A stretch of 64,000 bases of DNA from positions 186,001 through 250,000 of IMG/VR virus record IMGVR_UViG_3300037010_002844; one strand, given 5' to 3'. The notes below the pieces were generated by a model, which worked only from the letters and a program-made list of their open reading frames with translations, had not been told where the DNA came from and did no database searches. Position 1 is the stretch's first letter, and each line of letters begins with the position of its first letter. Positions 29,801 to 38,935 of this stretch are shown here, piece after piece. The position numbers and the translations under genes were made by a program.

Positions 29801-30714
29801 ACAAGGTTTACGTGCTGCCTCCCAAAGAAGACTGGATCGTCGACCGCTTCGTCAAGGAATGGAACGAAGACAATGCCGACATCAGCGTCTATCATCCCAA
29901 GGACGCTCACGTTGTTTGGTTGTTGGCCGACTGGTGTTGGGAAGGTCTATCGAACGCGGGATTGTTGCGTTACAAAAAGGTGATCACCACAGTTCATCAC
30001 ATCACACCAGAGAAATTTGGGTTCAAGGAACTCGATGATTTCAGGCAACGCGACCTGGTGACCACAGCCTATCACGTTTACAACGAACGGACGCACTCGT
30101 TCATTAGACCCTTGACTGAAAAGCCTATCCATCTCATCAAGTACTGGGCCAACCAGAAGATCTGGCTGCCGACGTTGGACAAGGGATTGCTGCGGCAGAA
30201 GTACGGGATTCCGACAGATGCCTACGTCATCGGTTCATTCCAACGTGACACAGAAGGTAAGGACCTGAAGAGCCCAAAGCTCGAAAAGGGCCCTGATCTA
30301 CTCGCAGATTTCATCATCCGGAAGCATCGCCAACGAGGCATCATCGGCGACGATAAGGTACACGTGGTCCTGGCAGGTTGGCGACGTCAGTACCTGATTG
30401 GACGTCTAGAAGAGGCGGGCGTCCCGTACACTTACCTGGAACGGCCCCCGCACGAGACGGTCAATGAACTCTACCAGACGCTTGACCTTTACCCGGTCAC
30501 CGCACGTCACGAGGGAGGCCCGCAGTCATTGATCGAGTGTGGCCTGCTCAATGTGCCAGTAGTCTCCAGGCCAGTCGGCATCGCAGAACAGGTGTTGCCT
30601 TCCTCTGCAATTGCTGATGATGTCTTCAACGCTACGCCGGCAATTCCCAACGTAGAGGCATGGAAACTTCCCGCGGGTTATGAGCCCTATAGAAAATTGA
30701 TCGAGTCGCTATGA
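29797..30714 (+). CDS. GT4-family glycosyltransferase
   Basis: EKGPDLL, RHEGGPQSLIEC..LNVPVVSR.VG. Confidence 0.88.
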   Translation: MNKVYVLPPKEDWIVDRFVKEWNEDNADISVYHPKDAHVVWLLADWCWEGLSNAGLLRYKKVITTVHHITPEKFGFKELDDFRQRDLVTTAYHVYNERTHSFIRPLTEKPIHLIKYWANQKIWLPTLDKGLLRQKYGIPTDAYVIGSFQRDTEGKDLKSPKLEKGPDLLADFIIRKHRQRGIIGDDKVHVVLAGWRRQYLIGRLEEAGVPYTYLERPPHETVNELYQTLDLYPVTARHEGGPQSLIECGLLNVPVVSRPVGIAEQVLPSSAIADDVFNATPAIPNVEAWKLPAGYEPYRKLIESL

Positions 30715-30965
30715 ACTACGAAGAACTGGCTGAGAAAGTCCGTCACACCCTCGAAACATGGGAGAAAGGCCACATATCGAACGGTGAGTTCCACAGTCGG
30801 ATCTACGATCTAGTCTGGGACCCACGAGAGTTTGAGGCACTCGAGGCCGGTGAGACTGTCATGGCATTTGGCTCGTGTTGCTGCAGCGAACATCCACCTG
30901 ACAGGACATTCAAGTGCGAGATCACGATTCAACCTCACGGATACACCATCAAGAGGTGCGAGTGA
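30711..30965 (+). CDS. Hypothetical protein
   Basis: 84 aa, coupled on both sides. Confidence 0.6.
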   Translation: MNYEELAEKVRHTLETWEKGHISNGEFHSRIYDLVWDPREFEALEAGETVMAFGSCCCSEHPPDRTFKCEITIQPHGYTIKRCE

Positions 30966-31774
30966 GTGTCAAATTCTTGATGGTGACGTGTTGCCTGGAG
31001 CCGACCCGCGTCGAGATCCTGAAGTCTGTCATCAAGAACATTCAGGAACAGGCGCCAGAGCTTGTCACTGATCTCACGGTCTTCGACAATGCCTCAAACC
31101 AACCAGACGTTCACGAGTTGCTTTACGGAGCCTTCAAGAACGTCTATGTGGCAGACTCCAACGTGGGTTATTGGACCGCCATCGACTGGTGGCTGCGTTC
31201 GTTAGAGTCAGATCCTCCGAAGTACACGTACATCATCGAATCAGACATGATGCACTATGACTTCAACAAGATCTGGACCGCAGCCTCCTACCTCGACACC
31301 CACCCAGAGATCGGTGCAGTTCGACTCCATGAATACGACTACGATAACAGGCACCTTTACGACAAAGACCGGCCACTACCAGAATCACGGCGTAACATCT
31401 GGCAGTCGCACACCAACAAGGTCAACGGCAAGCGCGTTTCATTTGAAGAGTCAGAACAACCCGGCATCCTGAAGACAACGTTCCTGACACAGCTGCCTGC
31501 CCTCAATCGTTATTCAGCCATGGTCGAGTCATTCAGAAGGCTGCGCGGGATGCCCAAGTTTTCTGAGCTAGATTTCCAGCGGGCGTATTACGTGCAGTAT
31601 CCCATCAATGCCATCCTCGATGGTGGCATCTTCAATGCTGACGCGGCGAGCTGGGGAACCAAGACTGTGACGGGCTCGTGGTCAACGCCTGAAGAACTTG
31701 CCAAGATTGGTTACAAGAGCACCCGCTATGCCAACATCGTGGGTCCCGAAGGGTACAAAGTCACCAGGCTGTGA
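30962..31774 (+). CDS. GT2-like glycosyltransferase
   Basis: GTG start coupled to the upstream stop; TVFDNAS, SNVGY..A, YIIESD. Confidence 0.75.
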   Translation: MSVKFLMVTCCLEPTRVEILKSVIKNIQEQAPELVTDLTVFDNASNQPDVHELLYGAFKNVYVADSNVGYWTAIDWWLRSLESDPPKYTYIIESDMMHYDFNKIWTAASYLDTHPEIGAVRLHEYDYDNRHLYDKDRPLPESRRNIWQSHTNKVNGKRVSFEESEQPGILKTTFLTQLPALNRYSAMVESFRRLRGMPKFSELDFQRAYYVQYPINAILDGGIFNADAASWGTKTVTGSWSTPEELAKIGYKSTRYANIVGPEGYKVTRL

Positions 31775-32802
31775 TAGAATGGCCACAGATGTCGCGGTAC
31801 CTCATTTTCGGTGGAACGGGCTCCCTGGGCAAAAAGCTGATCGAACGGTTGTCGCCGCCCGATCAAGTTGCTGTCTATTCACGGGACGAGGCTAAACACT
31901 GGACGATTCGCAATGAGCTTGCGGCCCGTCCTCGTGCCTCTGATCTCAAGTTTTACGTTGGCGACATCCGTGATCCTTCCCGTGTCAAGGACGTCATTCG
32001 CCAGACTCAACCCACCCACATTATCATCGCCGCTGCGTTGAAGCAGGTCGATACCTGCGAACTGTCGCCCACTGAGGCGATTGCCACAAACCTGCAAGGC
32101 ACTGTCAACGTTGTCAATGCCTTGAATGAGTTGCGTCCAACGTGGCTCGAGGCTTGCCTCTTCGTCTCTACCGACAAGGCGTGTGCACCCGTCAACGTCT
32201 ACGGCATGTGCAAGGCCGCCTCAGAACGTGTCGTGACCAGTCAGTCAATGACGGGTCACCAGTGGATACGCTATCTGGCAGTTCGCTATGGAAACGTCCT
32301 GGAATCACGCGGCAGTATCATTCCGCTGTTCAAGTACCAAGCCGAGACTCAGCCTTACCTGACTGTCACCGATCCGAATATGACGAGGTACGTCATGACA
32401 CTCGACGATTCTGTCGATCTGATTTTGACTGCTTTCAAAAAGGGTGAGTCGGGTGAAACCTGGATCCCGCGGCTGCCTGCCATGAAGATCGGCGACCTCG
32501 CGGAAATCTTTGCCGAGCGCCACGGGAAACAAGTGAAGATCATCGGCCTGCGTCCAGGTGAAAAGATGCACGAAGACCTGATCAATGCATCTGAATCAGT
32601 GCGCACCACATTGAGCAACGACAAGCAGAACTACATCATCGGACCAGCGCACCTCGCAGGCAAAAATGATGCGTTCACATACTCCAGCAATCACCAGGTC
32701 TTCACCAAGAACCAGCTGAAAGAACATTTGACACGCTTGGGCATCATCGACAAGTCGTCGGATGAGTTTGAGGGTCGTTCAATCGAGGAGATTCGCAAGT
32801 GA
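31771..32802 (+). CDS. UDP-GlcNAc 4,6-dehydratase (PseB/CapD-like, Polysacc_synt_2)
   Basis: GGTGSLG, YSRDE.K, AAALKQV, STDKA..PVNVYG..K, VRYGNV..SRGS, GLRPGEKMHE. Confidence 0.92.
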   Translation: MIEWPQMSRYLIFGGTGSLGKKLIERLSPPDQVAVYSRDEAKHWTIRNELAARPRASDLKFYVGDIRDPSRVKDVIRQTQPTHIIIAAALKQVDTCELSPTEAIATNLQGTVNVVNALNELRPTWLEACLFVSTDKACAPVNVYGMCKAASERVVTSQSMTGHQWIRYLAVRYGNVLESRGSIIPLFKYQAETQPYLTVTDPNMTRYVMTLDDSVDLILTAFKKGESGETWIPRLPAMKIGDLAEIFAERHGKQVKIIGLRPGEKMHEDLINASESVRTTLSNDKQNYIIGPAHLAGKNDAFTYSSNHQVFTKNQLKEHLTRLGIIDKSSDEFEGRSIEEIRK

Positions 32803-33944
32803 GCAAGACGTACCCACTGTTCAAGGTTCACGTGGACAAGCCCCGGGCTCTTAACGAGATCGAAAAGGTCTTTGCTTCGGGTTTCATCAACGAAGGCCTC
32901 GAGGTCACCAAGTTGACCGCGGCCATGAAGCACGAGCTGCAGGCCGAGAATCTGATTCTCGTCAACAGCTGCACTTCAGCACTGACGCTGGCACTGCACC
33001 TCTCTGGCGTCGATCATCGCTGTAACGTCGTCTCAACGCCAATGACGTGTGTGGCGACTAACACGCCGATCGTAGCCGCGGGCGCGCGGATCAACTGGGC
33101 CGACGTGGACCCTGAAACAGGCATGCTCACTCCTGAGACAGTCGAGGCCGCCATCGATGACGACACTCGAGCTGTAATGGTTGTGGCCTGGGCAGGCACG
33201 CCGCCCGACTTGAGAGGCATCCGTGAGGTGTGCAATGCTCACAGCGTTCCAATGATCCTGGACGCAGCGCACGCATTTGACGCCGGCTTCGGCGGCATGC
33301 CTGTTCACACCTGGGCCGACTATGCCTGTTACTCATTCCAGGCCATCAAACACTTCACCACCGGCGACGGCGGCGCCCTAATCTGTCGGGCGCCCAATGC
33401 TTACCGCAGAGCCAAGGCACTGAAGTGGTTTGGCATCGACCGTGACCGTGCCAAGGATGAGAACGGCAACTGGAAGGGCCAACAGTGGGACGTCGACATC
33501 CTCGAGAGCGGCTTCAAGTTCAACATGAACAACGTGGCGGCAGCCATTGGCCTGTCGCAACTGCCTCACATCGATGAGATTTTGGGCGCTCACCGCGCAA
33601 ATGCGTCAGTCTATGACCAGGTCTTCCGCGATTCAAAGACAGTGCGGCCGGTCAAGCGTCACCCCGAAGCGTTCTCTAGTCACTGGGTTTACACCATGCG
33701 TGTCAATCACGAGTATTCGAGGTTGACGCGCGATGAGTTGTTGAAGGCCCTCAATGAAGAAGGAATCAAGGCTGGCGTGGTTCATGTGCCCAATGATGAC
33801 TACTCGGCATTCGCGCACTTCTACAAGAGCCTGCCTGGCGTCCGTGGATTTGCTGCTGAGCAATTTTCGCTGCCATGTGGCTGGTGGATCACGGAAGACG
33901 ACGTTCACCACATCGCCAAGCGCGTCCTCGAGTTGACTCGATGA
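32799..33944 (+). CDS. DegT/DnrJ/EryC1/StrS sugar aminotransferase
   Basis: VNSCTSAL, DAAHA, YSFQAIKH (PLP Lys), GDGG, GFKFNM. Confidence 0.93.
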   Translation: MSKTYPLFKVHVDKPRALNEIEKVFASGFINEGLEVTKLTAAMKHELQAENLILVNSCTSALTLALHLSGVDHRCNVVSTPMTCVATNTPIVAAGARINWADVDPETGMLTPETVEAAIDDDTRAVMVVAWAGTPPDLRGIREVCNAHSVPMILDAAHAFDAGFGGMPVHTWADYACYSFQAIKHFTTGDGGALICRAPNAYRRAKALKWFGIDRDRAKDENGNWKGQQWDVDILESGFKFNMNNVAAAIGLSQLPHIDEILGAHRANASVYDQVFRDSKTVRPVKRHPEAFSSHWVYTMRVNHEYSRLTRDELLKALNEEGIKAGVVHVPNDDYSAFAHFYKSLPGVRGFAAEQFSLPCGWWITEDDVHHIAKRVLELTR

Positions 33945-34660
33945 GCACTCCGCGCGTCTTTGTTGGGACCCTCTATTGCAAAGAGGGCGATTTTCAGGAA
34001 CACTGCAAGATGATTAGTTTGCAGCGAGATGTCAACATTTCACACCATGTGATTGCTGACCTGCCTGAAAAGGACGCGCACAATTCCCTGTGGGACGCCT
34101 GGAACAGATCGAAGACGGAATATGACCTCTTCGTCAAGATCGATGCTGACACCGTCCTCCGTGACGAAGAGACCATAAAGCGAATTTGGGCCTTGTTCGA
34201 AGGCAATCCACGGCTCACTGGCATCCAGGCTCCACTGCACGACTACATGACTGATGGCCTAATCAATGGCCTCAACTGCTTTTCGCCGAAGGTGATTTTC
34301 AACCCGACGAATGATGGTCTGTATTGTGACCGCGGCGTCGACACGGGCCACGATCAAGTCCTGCGTCAAGGACAACTGCCTCCCGAGCTCGAGCCCGCGG
34401 GCTATCACTGTCATCACGCAACAGACAAGCAAGCATTTCACTATGGCCTTCACCGGGCCCTGAAGGGTCAGGCTGACATCATGTTGCGTGTGCAAAAGGC
34501 GTGGCTGACACATCGTGATCGAATCCGTGGCCTCGCCTTGGCGGGCACCGCAGCGGCGCCCTACCTGTGGAATCACAACTACAACGATCCTGAATTTGAG
34601 TCCGAATACCAGCGACTAGTGAAGGAGTTCGATGCGTCCCACGATCATCCAGCTCGTTGA
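33941..34660 (+). CDS. Putative GT-A fold glycosyltransferase
   Basis: Start moved to MSTPRV (ATGA coupling); DLFVKIDADTV DxD motif. Confidence 0.65.
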   Translation: MSTPRVFVGTLYCKEGDFQEHCKMISLQRDVNISHHVIADLPEKDAHNSLWDAWNRSKTEYDLFVKIDADTVLRDEETIKRIWALFEGNPRLTGIQAPLHDYMTDGLINGLNCFSPKVIFNPTNDGLYCDRGVDTGHDQVLRQGQLPPELEPAGYHCHHATDKQAFHYGLHRALKGQADIMLRVQKAWLTHRDRIRGLALAGTAAAPYLWNHNYNDPEFESEYQRLVKEFDASHDHPAR

Positions 34661-35549
34661 CTCAGTTCAATACGTTGAGACCAACTGCTTTCAACACCAA
34701 CTGCTGTCGGCACTGCGTCGCAAGGCTGAAGTGGTTCAGGTGCCCGCTGATCAACTGCCCAGATTTCGCGTTCCAGAAGGAACGCATCACGTGCTCAGCT
34801 GCCTCAAGATGAGGACGCTACACAGGCTTAAGGACCAGCTTAGGGCCGCCCTGGGCAATTGTCAACTCGTACATTATGAGCAAGATCCTTGGCATGGCTA
34901 CATGGACGACAGCCCGTGGCAAGGAATTTTTGCAGATATAAAACAAAGACTTAATCTGTCGTTCGTTGCAGTCACCACGCGATGGTGGGCTGACTACATG
35001 GAGGCCGACGGGATCCCGGCACGCTTCGTCAAGATGTGGATGATGCCAGAGTACTGCGACCGCGGGCCAGCGTACCTCGAGAGACCCATTGACCTGGGAT
35101 TCGTCGGCAGTCTACATCCTTACCGCAGAAAACTGTTCGACCTGATTGAAGACAGCGGCTATTCCATCAACACTTCAGGAGGTTACGACTACTCGGGTTA
35201 CCTCAAAGCGTTGCATGGAATCAAGGTCTATCTTCACTCTGAAGACTGTCCGATCAAAGTCAATGGTGTGTTCCACAATCTCAATGACGGACTGTGGGCC
35301 CGTGAGATCGAGGTCGCCGCACGAGGTTGCATCTCGATTCGCAACTGGGGGTCTGAGTCTGACTCGTACCTGGGAAGCGATATTCGCACTGCGTTCCTCT
35401 ACCGTGACCCTCAAGATGTCCCTGGAATAATCCGGTCAATTGAGCAGATGGATCCAACAGAACGCCAGAAAAGAATTGACGACACTTTGGAGTACATTCG
35501 TTCAGCAGATGAGTGGGGTCGGACTGCAGAAGTTCTGATCAGAGGTTGA
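34632..35549 (+). CDS. Putative glycosyltransferase (CgeB/Glyco_trans_1_2-like)
   Basis: IDLGFVGS...R, REIEVAARG; cluster context. Confidence 0.65.
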   Translation: MRPTIIQLVDSVQYVETNCFQHQLLSALRRKAEVVQVPADQLPRFRVPEGTHHVLSCLKMRTLHRLKDQLRAALGNCQLVHYEQDPWHGYMDDSPWQGIFADIKQRLNLSFVAVTTRWWADYMEADGIPARFVKMWMMPEYCDRGPAYLERPIDLGFVGSLHPYRRKLFDLIEDSGYSINTSGGYDYSGYLKALHGIKVYLHSEDCPIKVNGVFHNLNDGLWAREIEVAARGCISIRNWGSESDSYLGSDIRTAFLYRDPQDVPGIIRSIEQMDPTERQKRIDDTLEYIRSADEWGRTAEVLIRG

Positions 35550-36343
35550 TGATGACTTATAAAGCAGGTCACTACACGCACGTTTCACAGAAGGCAGAGA
35601 TCGGACTCGGCGTCGAACTGGAACTCGGTGATTGCAGCTACATCGGCCCGGGCGTTCGGTTCACCGGCCGCGGGCGAGTCAAGTTTGGTGACTACTGTAA
35701 GGTCCACGCGGGTTGCTTCATCAACGCTGGTGACGGTGGTTACGTAGAGTTCGGCCACAACTGCTGGTTCGGCGAGCGCACCGTCCTGGACGGCACCGGT
35801 GGCCTGTTGGGTGGCAACAACATCGGCGTCGGTATTGCCTCACACCTCTACACTCACATTGCCCACGGCGACGTCATCGAAGGCTGCCGATTCATGAGCA
35901 CCAAGCAGATGTTGTTGGAAGACGACGTTTGGTTCGTCGGCCAGTGCCTCGTCTCGCCGATCCACGCCAAGGCCAAATCGATGGCCATGTTGGGTTCTGT
36001 GGTGACGAAGGATATGGAGGTGAACCACGTCTATGCAGGCACCCCAGCCAAAGACATCACTGACAAAGTTGGCCCTCCTTGGATTCCTCGGACTGACGAG
36101 GACAAGCTGCGGTTGCTGCAAGAGACCAAGGCACGTTACCTGTCGCTGCACGAGCCCGATTACACGGGTTCCGCACAGCACACCATCGTGCCTTGCGTTG
36201 GCCTGCCGGACAAGGCCTTGCGGGCCCAAGGTGTGACCTACATCGACGTGGTCTCAAGGAAGTACACGAAGAATTTGTCTGAGGATGAACGTCGATTCAT
36301 GTCATGGCTCATCTCATATAAAGGTCGCTACGTCCCAGAATGA
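35549..36343 (+). CDS. Left-handed beta-helix (hexapeptide) sugar O/N-acyltransferase
   Basis: Hexapeptide repeats (IGPGVR, FGDYCKV, FGHNCWF), GSVVTKD....YAGTPAK. Confidence 0.85.
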   Translation: MMTYKAGHYTHVSQKAEIGLGVELELGDCSYIGPGVRFTGRGRVKFGDYCKVHAGCFINAGDGGYVEFGHNCWFGERTVLDGTGGLLGGNNIGVGIASHLYTHIAHGDVIEGCRFMSTKQMLLEDDVWFVGQCLVSPIHAKAKSMAMLGSVVTKDMEVNHVYAGTPAKDITDKVGPPWIPRTDEDKLRLLQETKARYLSLHEPDYTGSAQHTIVPCVGLPDKALRAQGVTYIDVVSRKYTKNLSEDERRFMSWLISYKGRYVPE

Positions 36344-36382
36344 ATTGAACAAGGACCCCGGTGAGGGGTAAAGTAAGGTAAC

Positions 36383-37342
36383 ATGAAGAGCGTTGCAGTT
36401 ATTGGGCAAGGGTTTGTCGGTGGATCGCTGACCACTGTGTTCGCTGAACGAGGGTTCGACGTCTATGTCTACGATAAGGCTGGTAAGACTGCCACAGGAG
36501 CGCAGTACTCGAAGTTCGTCCGCGGCGTGGCACAACCGTGCGAGTCGGTGGCAGACCTGGTCTCCTCCTGTGAGGAAAAGAAGAATTTTTCAGGCGTCTA
36601 TTTTGTCGCCCTGCCGACGCCGATGTACGAGGACGGCACTGCCGACCTTTCGATTGTAGAGGGCGTGCTCGATGAGCTGGCGGCCTGTACTGGCAATCGC
36701 ATCGCTGTCGTCAAATCAACGGTGCCACCGGGCTCGACAGAACGTTGGAACAAGAAGTACGAAGGCACTGGACTCCGCGTGATCTTCAATCCCGAGTTCC
36801 TGACTGAAGCCAATGCCCTCGATGACATGCGTAATCAGGATCGTATCATCCTTGGTGGACCTCGTCCGTGGATCAACACCGTCAAGTTGATCTTCCAGAC
36901 GGCCTTTCCGAAGGTGACGCTCATCAAGACGTCTTCCACCACGGCTGAGATGGTGAAGTACACCATCAACTGCTTCCTGGCCACCAAGGTGTCCTTCGCC
37001 AACGAGATGGCACAGGTGTGTGAGGCGCTCGATAAGCGTGGACTGAACATCGACTACGATAAGGTCGTGGAATATGCTAGGCTCGACAAGCGCCTTGGCA
37101 ACTCTCACTGGGCCGTCCCGGGTCCGGTGCCCACCCACGATGGCCGCTACGTTCGTGGCTTTGGAGGACACTGCTTCCCAAAGGACATGAACGCATTGAT
37201 CGCTGTGGCCAAGGACTTGGGCGTTGACCCGAAGGTGATGGCCGCGTCTTGGGCCAAGAACCTCGAGGTTCGTGGTCCTGAGGATCGTGACTGGGAACAC
37301 ATGCAGGGCCGCGCTGTTAGCAAGAAAGGAGGCAAGAAGTGA
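36383..37342 (+). CDS. ugd: UDP-glucose/GDP-mannose dehydrogenase family (lacks C-terminal UDP-binding domain)
   Basis: IGQGFVG, ALPTP, KSTVPPG, FNPEFL, GFGGHCFPKD. Confidence 0.88.
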   Translation: MKSVAVIGQGFVGGSLTTVFAERGFDVYVYDKAGKTATGAQYSKFVRGVAQPCESVADLVSSCEEKKNFSGVYFVALPTPMYEDGTADLSIVEGVLDELAACTGNRIAVVKSTVPPGSTERWNKKYEGTGLRVIFNPEFLTEANALDDMRNQDRIILGGPRPWINTVKLIFQTAFPKVTLIKTSSTTAEMVKYTINCFLATKVSFANEMAQVCEALDKRGLNIDYDKVVEYARLDKRLGNSHWAVPGPVPTHDGRYVRGFGGHCFPKDMNALIAVAKDLGVDPKVMAASWAKNLEVRGPEDRDWEHMQGRAVSKKGGKK

Positions 37343-37734
37343 TCAAGTTCTATTGGAGCCGATTGCCCGGCAAGTTCGTCAACAAGACCATTTGCGAGAC
37401 TTTTATGCTCGCGGAAGGTCTGAACGCTGAATCTAAGTTCACCGGCACCGTCCGCGAGTGGTACGAGACGTTGGTGGAGACCTGTATTGACGCGCACAAC
37501 ACGGCAATCCATAAAGGCCTTGCCTCGTCTGAGTGGAAGCCAAACTCCATTGAGTTGCTGGTGGGCCCTGACGTGCACACTATGCTAGAGGCATCGGTGC
37601 TGTACAGGTCCGACGGTCGCCTTGGAGCGCATTTCACCGTGAAGAAAGACAAGGGTCTGACGAACCGTGTCATAATGCGACATCGCGGCGAGGTGATCGG
37701 TGACGTGACCGTCCTCGACCTGCCTTGCCGCTGA
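37339..37734 (+). CDS. Small protein resembling an isolated segment of a gp23-type major capsid protein
   Basis: YWSRLPGKFVN...FTGTVREWYETLVET...VGPDV..MLE matches, from memory, a segment of major capsid proteins of large myophages; not searched. Confidence 0.55.
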   Translation: MIKFYWSRLPGKFVNKTICETFMLAEGLNAESKFTGTVREWYETLVETCIDAHNTAIHKGLASSEWKPNSIELLVGPDVHTMLEASVLYRSDGRLGAHFTVKKDKGLTNRVIMRHRGEVIGDVTVLDLPCR

Positions 37735-37753
37735 ATAAATTCAGCAGTGAATC

Positions 37754-37853
37754 ATCACGCCCGGTGCGATAAACAAATCCGACCGGGCGTGATACCTAAC
37801 CGCATGTGGCAATGCCGCCACCCCTGGCGAGAAACCCAGTGAGGGTTTGCCGG
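37754..37853 (+). promoter_or_regulatory. Structured leader upstream of the NAD salvage genes
   Basis: 12-bp perfect inverted repeat 37754-65/37782-93; bulged hairpin 37826-37851 with AGTGA loop. Confidence 0.5.
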
Positions 37854-37872
37854 AACCAACACGGAGAGTGTC

Positions 37873-38883
37873 ATGCGCGAGTTTGGCGTCTACATTGGGC
37901 GATTTCAGCCCTTTCACAATGCGCACCTAGAGATGGTGCGTTTCGCTCTTAAGCAGGCCAAGCGCCTCATCATCGTCGTCGGTAGCGACAACCAGGCAAG
38001 GAACGTCAAAAACCCCTGGACGACTGCGGAACGAATCAACATGATTCGTGGACCGCTCACTGACGAAGAGCGAGCGCGGGTTGATTTCATCCCCGCCAAG
38101 GACTACCTCTACAACGACAACCTCTGGATCACTGCGGTACAGCGCTCAATCGATGAGGTCACTGACGGGTCAAAGGATGTCATCTTGGTCGGTCACAAGA
38201 AGGACGCCTCGAGCTTCTACTTGAAGCTGTTCCCACAGTGGGACTTCGTGGAGACCGGAATCACAATGGATGTCGATGCAACTCATATCCGTGAGTTGAT
38301 GTTCACGCAGGACAAGATCGGCATTAAGAACCTGGTGCCCGAGGCTGTTTACGGCCAACTTCTGGCGTTCATGGCAACGTCCGAGTTCCAGCGACTCCAC
38401 GAGGAGTACCACCACATCGCGGCGTACAAGGCCTCGTGGGACGGTGCACCCTTCCCTCCGACGTTCAATACCGTCGATGCCATCGTGGTCTGCAGTGGTC
38501 ACGTCCTCGTCGTCCGCCGCCGTGGTGCTCCGGGCAAGGGTTTGATCGCCCTGCCAGGAGGATTCCTGAACGTCAACGAAAAGATCGTCGATGGGATGGT
38601 CCGTGAGCTCAAGGAAGAGACAGGCATCAAGGTTCCGCCCCTCGAGTTGAAGAAGGTCATCGTCGATCAGCGGGTCTTCGATCATCCTGGTCGCTCGCTC
38701 CGCGGACGCACCATCACGCATGCCTTCTGTATCAAGCTTCCCGACGGGGAGCTACCGCAGGTCAAAGGCATGGACGATGCCGACAAGGCCTGGTGGATGC
38801 CTCTGCGAGACGTCTTCTCTCGGGAAGATCAGTTCTTCGAGGATCACTTCCACGTCATCAATTACTTCGTCAACCGCTTCTAA
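37873..38883 (+). CDS. nadM: Bifunctional NMN adenylyltransferase / ADP-ribose pyrophosphatase (NadM-Nudix, NatV-like)
   Basis: GRFQPFHNAH (HxxH), GHKKD.SS.YL, Nudix box GGF...E....MVRELKEETG. Confidence 0.93.
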   Translation: MREFGVYIGRFQPFHNAHLEMVRFALKQAKRLIIVVGSDNQARNVKNPWTTAERINMIRGPLTDEERARVDFIPAKDYLYNDNLWITAVQRSIDEVTDGSKDVILVGHKKDASSFYLKLFPQWDFVETGITMDVDATHIRELMFTQDKIGIKNLVPEAVYGQLLAFMATSEFQRLHEEYHHIAAYKASWDGAPFPPTFNTVDAIVVCSGHVLVVRRRGAPGKGLIALPGGFLNVNEKIVDGMVRELKEETGIKVPPLELKKVIVDQRVFDHPGRSLRGRTITHAFCIKLPDGELPQVKGMDDADKAWWMPLRDVFSREDQFFEDHFHVINYFVNRF

Positions 38884-38935
38884 ACCGCCACGATCGGACC
38901 AGAGAGGTCAGCGTGGCACTCACGGAGAGTGAATC

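Noticed and set aside
22914-37342. Bacterial O-antigen/capsule locus or eukaryotic giant-virus origin
   Set aside because: No flippase, polymerase or ABC exporter and no host core genes. SD sites, coupled overlaps and a T4-like baseplate indicate a bacteriophage.
37741-37870. Known NAD+ or c-di-GMP riboswitch, or an NrtR box
   Set aside because: I could not match the conserved nucleotides of those elements; kept only as an unassigned structured leader.
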